Assembly: GCA_965208325.1 (NCBI GenBank)
Contig: OZ242326.1
Coordinates: 1,504,001 to 1,568,000 of the forward strand
Source: Candidatus Poribacteria bacterium
GTDB lineage: Bacteria; Poribacteria; WGA-4E; PCPOR2b
Direction of reading: 5' to 3'
DNA length: 64,000 bases
The notes below the pieces were generated by a model. That model was given only the letters and a program-made list of their open reading frames with translations. It did no database searches and had not been told where the DNA came from. This document shows, piece by piece, positions 57,253 through 64,000 of this stretch. The first letter of the stretch is position 1, and each line of letters starts with the position of its first letter. The position numbers and the translations under genes are program-made.

Positions 57253-60006
57253 ATGTTTCAGAGCGTTTTAGCCAGAGTTTTCGGCAATAAGCAGGACCGG
57301 GATGCGAAGCGATTTCAGCCAATCGTTGAAGCGGTAAATCAACAGGAGTCTGACGTCAAACGCTTATCCGATGCAGAATTGCGGTCAAAAACGCCGTATT
57401 TTCGCGAGAAAGTTGACGCCGGCGCAGACCTTGATTCGCTTTTGCCCGAGGCATTTGCCGTGGTGCGTGAAGCCGCTATTCGGACTTTAGCGCAACGTCA
57501 CTACGATGTGCAAATCATGGGGGGGGTTGCCCTTCATAATGGCAATATTGCTGAAATGAAAACAGGTGAGGGAAAAACCCTAACCTCGACGCTTGCGGTT
57601 TATTTAAATGCGCTAACGGGAAAAGGCGTCCATGTTGCTACCGTCAATGATTATCTTGCTAAACGCGACGCGGAATGGATGGGGAAAATTTACAACTTTC
57701 TCGGCCTTTCCGTCGGATTGACACTTAGCATCATGCCCGATGAACTGAAAAAGCTCGGCTACAAAGCGGACATTACTTACGGTGTGCATAGCGAATTTGG
57801 TTTTGACTACCTTCGAGACAACAAATCAACACACCTTGATGGAAGGGTACAGCGTGGACACTATTACGCGATTGTCGATGAAGTTGATAGCATTCTTATT
57901 GATGAAGCCCGTACTCCGCTGATTATTGCCGAACCCCACGGTGAACCAGTTGAACTTTATGCCAGGCTTGACCGCACTGTGCGGCAACTTCAAGCGGGTA
58001 AACACTATGAAATTGATGAAAAAAGCAGTAAGCGCGGCACGGTCAGCCTAACGGAAGATGGTGTCGATGAAGTTCAGCGTATTCTCGGCGACACGGTTCT
58101 TGATGGAAGAGATCTTTACGATTCCACCAATATGCATGTCGTACACCATGTCAACCAAGCATTGGCAGCTCATCACCTCTGGAAACGCGATGTTGACTAC
58201 GTCGTCGAAAACGGAGAGGTCATCATCGTAGATGAGTTCACGGGGCGAAAGCAACCCGGCAGGCGATGGAGTGAAGGCCTCCATCAAGCCATGGAATCGA
58301 AAGAACGAGTCAAAATCGTTCAAGAAAGCCAGACCGGCGCAAAAATCTCCTACCAAAACTATTTTCGCACCTATGAGAAACTAGCGGGAATGACAGGAAC
58401 CGCAGAGACGGAAGCCGCGGAATTTGCTCATATTTACCGTCTTGATGTTGCCGTCATTCCGACGAACGAACCGATGATCCGAATCGATAATTCTGACCAA
58501 ATTTACAAGACGGAGGATGCAAAGTTTCGAGCGGTGCTTCAAGACATAATCGAACAGCACGAACACGGGCGTCCTGTGCTGGTAGGGACAATTTCGATTG
58601 AGAAATCGGAAAAATTGAGCAAAATGCTTCGCGCGAAACGGCGCGACATTCGGCATCAGGTATTGAATGCAAAAGAACACGACCGTGAAGCAACAATTAT
58701 CGCACAAGCGGGTTTGCCCGGTGCCGTGACAATCGCCACTAACATGGCAGGGCGTGGTGTCGATATTTTGCTCGGCGGCAATCCCGAAGGCATGGTGATG
58801 GAAAGCCTGCGCAAAAAGAAGACTGATCCCGCAACCGTTGAAGAGGATTCGGAGGAGTGGAACGCCGCCTTTGAAGAAGCTAAAACCGTTTGTGACGAAA
58901 ATCGTGAGGAAGTCCTAAAATCGGGTGGTCTTCACATCATTGGAACTGAGCGGCACGATTCGCGGCGAATTGACAACCAATTGCGTGGACGTTCAGGGCG
59001 GCAGGGAGATCCCGGTTCATCTCGGTTTTATCTCTCGCTCGAAGACGACCTCATGCGCAAATTCGGATCTGATCGCCTGTCGGGAATGATGGATAGAGTC
59101 GGTATGGAGGAAGACATTCCGATTGAACACCCGTGGGTAACCAAGGCTATCGAAAAAGCACAGCGGCGGGTTGAAGAACGGCACTTCGAGATACGGAAAA
59201 ACGTATTAAAATTTGACGATGTGATGAATACGCAACGTCAAACCATCTATGATATGCGAAATAGCATCCTTGAAGGCGAGAATCTCAAAAACACAATTCG
59301 GGATATGATGGAAGATACGCTCGACGATCATTTTGAAGCCGACCTGCCCGAACGCGAGGAAGACCGGGATATTGAAAGTCTTGTCAATTGGTTAAGCCAT
59401 ACCTTCCCCATTAATCCCTCGGATTGGGAAACCCCGCCTGACAAGATGAGCCGGGAAGAGTTCCGAGAAGAGACTTCGAAAATGCTGCTTGAACTCTACG
59501 AGAAACGCGAAACCGAAATGGGAGTTGAACACATACGCGCCCTTGAACGCCTCGTGCTGCTCGATCGTATAGACAGTCACTGGAAAGATCATTTGTATAA
59601 CATTGACTACATTGAGGAAGGAATCCACCTCCGCGGGTATGGAGGAAAAGACCCTATTGTTGTCTTCAAGAACGAAGCCTATGGGGTATTTGAAACCATG
59701 TATCAGCGAATTGAAGAGGAAGTCAGCGAGTACATGTTTAAGGCGCGTATCGTTGATACAGAGACCCAAATTCGGCAGGCTAAGTCAAGGCATGCGGCAC
59801 AAGGCAGAGCAGGTTTTCGCTCCCGCCGTACTATGCCGCAACATGGGTGGCGTCGAGACGCAATGCCGCAATCAAGCGATGGGGGCGCATTCGATTCCGA
59901 TGCCTTTGCGACGCAGCAAACCGCCGCTCGGGTGCCGAAGGTTGGACGCAATGAAGCGTGTCCGTGCGGAAGCGGCAAAAAGTACAAAAAATGCCACGGC
60001 GGATAG
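57253..60006 (+). CDS. secA: Protein translocase ATPase SecA
   Basis: [38 protein letters not shown] motif [13 protein letters not shown]. Confidence 0.97.
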   Translation: MFQSVLARVFGNKQDRDAKRFQPIVEAVNQQESDVKRLSDAELRSKTPYFREKVDAGADLDSLLPEAFAVVREAAIRTLAQRHYDVQIMGGVALHNGNIAEMKTGEGKTLTSTLAVYLNALTGKGVHVATVNDYLAKRDAEWMGKIYNFLGLSVGLTLSIMPDELKKLGYKADITYGVHSEFGFDYLRDNKSTHLDGRVQRGHYYAIVDEVDSILIDEARTPLIIAEPHGEPVELYARLDRTVRQLQAGKHYEIDEKSSKRGTVSLTEDGVDEVQRILGDTVLDGRDLYDSTNMHVVHHVNQALAAHHLWKRDVDYVVENGEVIIVDEFTGRKQPGRRWSEGLHQAMESKERVKIVQESQTGAKISYQNYFRTYEKLAGMTGTAETEAAEFAHIYRLDVAVIPTNEPMIRIDNSDQIYKTEDAKFRAVLQDIIEQHEHGRPVLVGTISIEKSEKLSKMLRAKRRDIRHQVLNAKEHDREATIIAQAGLPGAVTIATNMAGRGVDILLGGNPEGMVMESLRKKKTDPATVEEDSEEWNAAFEEAKTVCDENREEVLKSGGLHIIGTERHDSRRIDNQLRGRSGRQGDPGSSRFYLSLEDDLMRKFGSDRLSGMMDRVGMEEDIPIEHPWVTKAIEKAQRRVEERHFEIRKNVLKFDDVMNTQRQTIYDMRNSILEGENLKNTIRDMMEDTLDDHFEADLPEREEDRDIESLVNWLSHTFPINPSDWETPPDKMSREEFREETSKMLLELYEKRETEMGVEHIRALERLVLLDRIDSHWKDHLYNIDYIEEGIHLRGYGGKDPIVVFKNEAYGVFETMYQRIEEEVSEYMFKARIVDTETQIRQAKSRHAAQGRAGFRSRRTMPQHGWRRDAMPQSSDGGAFDSDAFATQQTAARVPKVGRNEACPCGSGKKYKKCHGG

Positions 60007-60164
60007 GTGAATACGGTAGTAAACATCGGAGTATTGTATTTCCCGAATTGCGGCGGTTTTTCAAATAAGTACAAAGATATATTCGGTCAATTCATCCCAA
60101 TCTCAAAACTGGTCAATGGTTTGCCGCATAACATAGCATCCAATTGACATTGGTGAGGGCGGCT

Positions 60165-60350
60165 ATGGACTCACGAGAAGAAATCAGCCAAGAGTTGCTT
60201 GCCATTTTGGCTTGTCCTGCGTGCAAAGGCGATATTGAATATGCACGGGAAGATCAGAAGCTAATCTGCGCCGGTGAGTGCAAGCGCCGTTACCCAATTC
60301 GTGATGGAATACCAGTTATGCTGATTGATGAAGCCGAATTGCCGACATGA
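60165..60350 (+). CDS. Trm112/YcaR family protein
   Basis: LLAILACPACKG...YPIRDGIPVML.DEA. Confidence 0.9.
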   Translation: MDSREEISQELLAILACPACKGDIEYAREDQKLICAGECKRRYPIRDGIPVMLIDEAELPT

Positions 60351-61525
60351 AGATATTATTTTTGAGCCTTAGATTCCCGTTTCCGCCTCACCGGGGAGAT
60401 CGAATTCGAGCCTATCATTTCAGCAAGCAGCTTGCTGAACACCATTCTCTAACTTTTGTCTCGTTTGTCGAATCGGACCAAGAAATATCTAATGTCAAGC
60501 AGATGGAAGCATTTTGTGATCGTGTTGAATGGGTACGTTTTCACCGGAATCGAGCTTGTCTCAATGCTCTAATCCACAGTTTTTCTAACCAGCCATTACA
60601 ACTGCATTATTGGTATGCCTCGCAAATGCAGCGAACGGTTGATAGGCTGCTGGAAAAGTATGACTTCAATCTGATTCATGTTCAACTCTTTCGCATGGCG
60701 CAATATGTCTCCCACCGTCATGGAATACCGAAGATGTTAGATTTGTGTGACTCGCTCGCGTTGAACTTGCAGCGTCGATTAGTTTTGGATCGAAGTCTAA
60801 AACGGCCGCTGGTTAGGCTTGAAGAACGCCGTGTACGCGAATATGAGGTTGAGATTGCAAAGTCTTTTGATTGGGGGACCGTAGTTGCAGATAGCGATCG
60901 AGATTATCTGCTTGAACAGGACGATTCCCTGAATCTTTCAATTGTGCCGATGGGTGTCGATTTAGAATTCTTTCAACCCACTTCAACAGCGTATCAACCG
61001 CATCTGCTCTTCACAGGTACAATGAGCTACTTTCCAAATTGGGACGCCGCACTATTTTTTTATGAGCAAATCCTCCCGCTGATTCAAACCGTGCACCCCG
61101 AGATAACGTTTAATATCGTCGGCAACCACCCGCCAGAGCAGATTAAACGGCTATCCAATGGCAACGATGTCGTTGTTACCGGACACGTTCCCGATATACG
61201 CCCCTATTTCGAACAGGCTGCTGTGTTTGTTTCTCCGCTGCGGTCAGGATCTGGGGTTCAGGTGAAAAATCTGGAAGCGATGGGAATGGGCGTTCCCGTT
61301 GTCACAACTTCAATTGGCGCACAAGGGTTGGAGGTAGAAGCTGGGAAAGACATTTTAATCGCAGATGCGCCAGAAGACTTTGCGAGGCACGTAATTGATT
61401 TAATTCAATCTCCCGATCTGCGCCTAAAAATTGGGGACGCCGGAAGACAGCTCGTCGAAACCAAATATAACTGGCCTATTTTAGCTAAACGTTTAGAAGC
61501 AGTTTACTCTCGGATTTGCAACTGA
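60347..61525 (+). CDS. GT4 glycosyltransferase (resembles PEP-CTERM/XrtA-associated sugar transferases)
   Basis: PFPPHRGDRIR, FTGTMSY.PN, GVQVKNLEAM.MG.PVV. Confidence 0.85.
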   Translation: MKILFLSLRFPFPPHRGDRIRAYHFSKQLAEHHSLTFVSFVESDQEISNVKQMEAFCDRVEWVRFHRNRACLNALIHSFSNQPLQLHYWYASQMQRTVDRLLEKYDFNLIHVQLFRMAQYVSHRHGIPKMLDLCDSLALNLQRRLVLDRSLKRPLVRLEERRVREYEVEIAKSFDWGTVVADSDRDYLLEQDDSLNLSIVPMGVDLEFFQPTSTAYQPHLLFTGTMSYFPNWDAALFFYEQILPLIQTVHPEITFNIVGNHPPEQIKRLSNGNDVVVTGHVPDIRPYFEQAAVFVSPLRSGSGVQVKNLEAMGMGVPVVTTSIGAQGLEVEAGKDILIADAPEDFARHVIDLIQSPDLRLKIGDAGRQLVETKYNWPILAKRLEAVYSRICN

Positions 61526-61564
61526 CAAACTCATAATATATCAAAATAGATTAAAGGAAGGAAG

Positions 61565-63568
61565 ATGCGTGAACGAAAAATAAGGCTGGGTTTTTCAATT
61601 ATAACCGACATATTGTTAATTAACCTAGCTTTCCTATGTGCTTATCAAACCTGCAACCTACTCGGATTAAATTTACTTGAGTTGTTCAATCTTTCTGAAA
61701 ATGAACGCTCGCCGTCCTTATGGGCTACTCAATCACCAGGCCGGATTCTTTTTATCATCGCTTTAACCGTTACCGCAATCCGCATGTGTACCTTTTTCGC
61801 CTTCCAACTGTACAAACCGGTTTGGCGTTACGCGAGCGTTCGGGAATTTTGGGCGATTGTTGGAGCCGCATGTTCAGGTACCATTGCCCTCATTCTTATT
61901 CTGTATTTCGTAAATCTTTTTCAATCCTGGGCATTCTTTCTAATTGACGGATTATATAACATCACTTTCGTGGGCTTGGCAAAATTTTCTTTTCGCATTG
62001 CTGAAGAATATAGGCGAAGGGATGTCGCTCCTCCCAAAACCAGAGTATTGATTGTCGGCGCGGGCGCTGCGGGCGTCGGCGTTTTAAGGGAGATTCGGAA
62101 TCATCCTGAAAAAGGGTACGTTCCCATCGGGTTTATTGATGACCATCCGCGTAAAGTCGGGAAAAGCATACAGGGGCTTGATGTCCTTGGTACGACGCGT
62201 GAATTGGCATACATCGCACGCAAGCGGCAAGTTGGCGAGATTGTTATCGCCATGCCTTCTGCTTCAGGAAGCCGAATTCGTGAAATTATTCAACAGTGCG
62301 AATACAAGGGATGTAAATTCAAAATCGTCCCTAGCATCCATGCAATTCTCGCCGGACATGTCAGTATCAGCCAGATTCGGGAGGTACGGGTCGAGGATCT
62401 GCTGAACCGTCCAACTTCCCGAATTGATTTGCCCGAAGTATCCAAATACTTATCCGGAAAACGGGTGATGGTAACGGGCGCAGGCGGTTCAATCGGCTCT
62501 GAACTCTGCCGGCAGGTAGCAAAATTTAACCCCGAACTTCTCATTCTCTTTGGGCGCGGTGAGAACAGCATCTACCACATTGAGAACGAACTTAGCGAGA
62601 ATGAACCGAATCTTAATCGTGCGATGATTATTGGCGATATTCGAGATTGCTCTAAGGTGGACCAAGTCATCGCAAAATATCGCCCGCAGATTATCTTCCA
62701 TGCTGCAGCGCACAAACACGTAAAGTTTATGGAGATTCACCCGGACGAAGCCGTCAAAAATAACATCATAGGTACCAAGAATTTGGTGGATGCCGCAATT
62801 AAACATCACGTTGAAGCGTTTATTTTGGTGTCATCAGACAAGGCGGTCAATCCAACAAGCGTCATGGGCGCTTCAAAGCGTGTCACGGAAAAACTCATTC
62901 AGTGTAAGGCGAAACGGAACGGCACCGAGTTTATCGGCGTTCGATTCGGAAACGTAATTGACAGCCGGGGAAGTGTATTGCCAAAGTTTAAGCGCCAGAT
63001 AATGAAAGGAGGGCCCGTAACTGTTACGCACCGTGACGTAATTCGATACTTCATGACAATTCCGGAATCCGTTCAATTGCTTATTCAGGCTGGCGCGATG
63101 GGCCTCGGTGGTGAAATCTTCATTTTGGATATGGGTGAACCAATCAAAATCTTGGATCTGGCGCGGGATTTAATCAGGCTATCCGGGTTGGAAGTGGACC
63201 GCGACATCAAAATAGAGTTCACGGGCTTAGAACCGGGTGAGAAATTATACGAGGAGCTCTTGACCGTTCAAGAAGGGGTTACCGCTACGAAGCATCAGCG
63301 TATCTTTGTCGCTCAACTCGAAACGATTGAGGAAAAAAAGTTGTTGGCTAAAATTGATGAACTTGCCGAAATGGCGAACCACTTGGATACGGAAGGGATT
63401 ATCGCCGAACTTCAGCAAATTGTGCCGACTTATGAACCCAACCGAGCGATTGCAAAGACCTCATACGACGAGAAAATTAAAAAATCTGAAGTACAGGTGA
63501 TTAATCTGGCAAATAGTCGAAAACTCGACGGAAAGCGCGAGTTTGGAAGTGCTTCCGAACGCATTTAA
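61565..63568 (+). CDS. CapD/PglF-family membrane nucleotide-sugar 4,6-dehydratase
   Basis: N-terminal TMs, GAGAAG, TGAGGSIGSELCRQ, HAAAHKHV, SSDKAVNP, GEKLYEEL. Confidence 0.93.
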   Translation: MRERKIRLGFSIITDILLINLAFLCAYQTCNLLGLNLLELFNLSENERSPSLWATQSPGRILFIIALTVTAIRMCTFFAFQLYKPVWRYASVREFWAIVGAACSGTIALILILYFVNLFQSWAFFLIDGLYNITFVGLAKFSFRIAEEYRRRDVAPPKTRVLIVGAGAAGVGVLREIRNHPEKGYVPIGFIDDHPRKVGKSIQGLDVLGTTRELAYIARKRQVGEIVIAMPSASGSRIREIIQQCEYKGCKFKIVPSIHAILAGHVSISQIREVRVEDLLNRPTSRIDLPEVSKYLSGKRVMVTGAGGSIGSELCRQVAKFNPELLILFGRGENSIYHIENELSENEPNLNRAMIIGDIRDCSKVDQVIAKYRPQIIFHAAAHKHVKFMEIHPDEAVKNNIIGTKNLVDAAIKHHVEAFILVSSDKAVNPTSVMGASKRVTEKLIQCKAKRNGTEFIGVRFGNVIDSRGSVLPKFKRQIMKGGPVTVTHRDVIRYFMTIPESVQLLIQAGAMGLGGEIFILDMGEPIKILDLARDLIRLSGLEVDRDIKIEFTGLEPGEKLYEELLTVQEGVTATKHQRIFVAQLETIEEKKLLAKIDELAEMANHLDTEGIIAELQQIVPTYEPNRAIAKTSYDEKIKKSEVQVINLANSRKLDGKREFGSASERI

Positions 63569-63623
63569 CAAACCTTAACCGACGTATGTTCGATTACCAA
63601 ATTCTTATCTGATGCGGTAACTT

Positions 63624-64000
63624 ATGAAACGGAAGAGATTATTTAAATTCTTGATTATCGGTGTAGCCCTCTTGGTATTGATACTGGTCGTCCGTTCATT
63701 CACCACCAAGGGTGGACAGTTTGGTGACAAGGTTGCTGTTGTCGAAATCATCGGTGCGATTTCAAAATCGGATAAGTCAATTGAGAAAATTCACCGATTT
63801 CGCGACGATCAAACGGTTAAGGCAATTGTTGTTCGCATTGATTCCCCCGGCGGAAGCGTCGGCGCAGTGCAAGAAATTCACACCGAACTCGCAAAACTGG
63901 AAAAACCGGTTGTTGCTTCTATGGGAAACACAGCCGCGTCAGGCGGGTATTACATCGCATGCGCTGCGGATCAAATTGTTGCAAATCGCGGTTCCATCAC
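63624..64000 (+). CDS. sppA: Signal peptide peptidase SppA (S49), runs off window edge
   Basis: Not in the ORF track; hand translation MKRKRLFK...RIDSPGGSV...KPVVASMG..AASGGYYIA.AAD.I.AN. Confidence 0.9.
   Translation, partial: MKRKRLFKFLIIGVALLVLILVVRSFTTKGGQFGDKVAVVEIIGAISKSDKSIEKIHRFRDDQTVKAIVVRIDSPGGSVGAVQEIHTELAKLEKPVVASMGNTAASGGYYIACAADQIVANRGSI

Overview
Mostly core-genome window from a diderm bacterium. The expanded secreted LamG and TolB-like paralogues sharing an 'AVxPxxKxxxxWxxIK' tail, plus GTAG-type REP hairpins, suggest Candidatus Poribacteria or a relative (inference from recognition, not a database result). Content in order: NAD-linked formate dehydrogenase-type genes; ECF sigma/anti-sigma/RseB operon with an autoregulatory-looking promoter; recJ-rel, rpmB, ligA, dapF-dapA-NhaC; a two-gene defence-like islet (PD-(D/E)xK nuclease with two tandem SeqA-like domains, convergent on an Hhe-type DUF4011 helicase-nuclease); sucC-serpin-pgk-panB-proS-sucD; sugar catabolism genes; an orphan m4C methyltransferase; kdsB-pyrG; a duplicating and decaying LamG array with MITE-like and REP elements; two TolB-like genes; msrP; a CtpA protease with a C-terminal ribbon-helix-helix; lpxL, phhB, secA, polysaccharide genes and partial sppA. 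Best leads: (1) a C-terminal motif shared by unrelated secreted folds, a candidate sorting signal; (2) the nuclease with 2x SeqA-like domains, a candidate modification-dependent restriction enzyme; (3) the CtpA-RHH fusion. No CRISPR array, tRNA, rRNA, transposase or reverse transcriptase was recognised.
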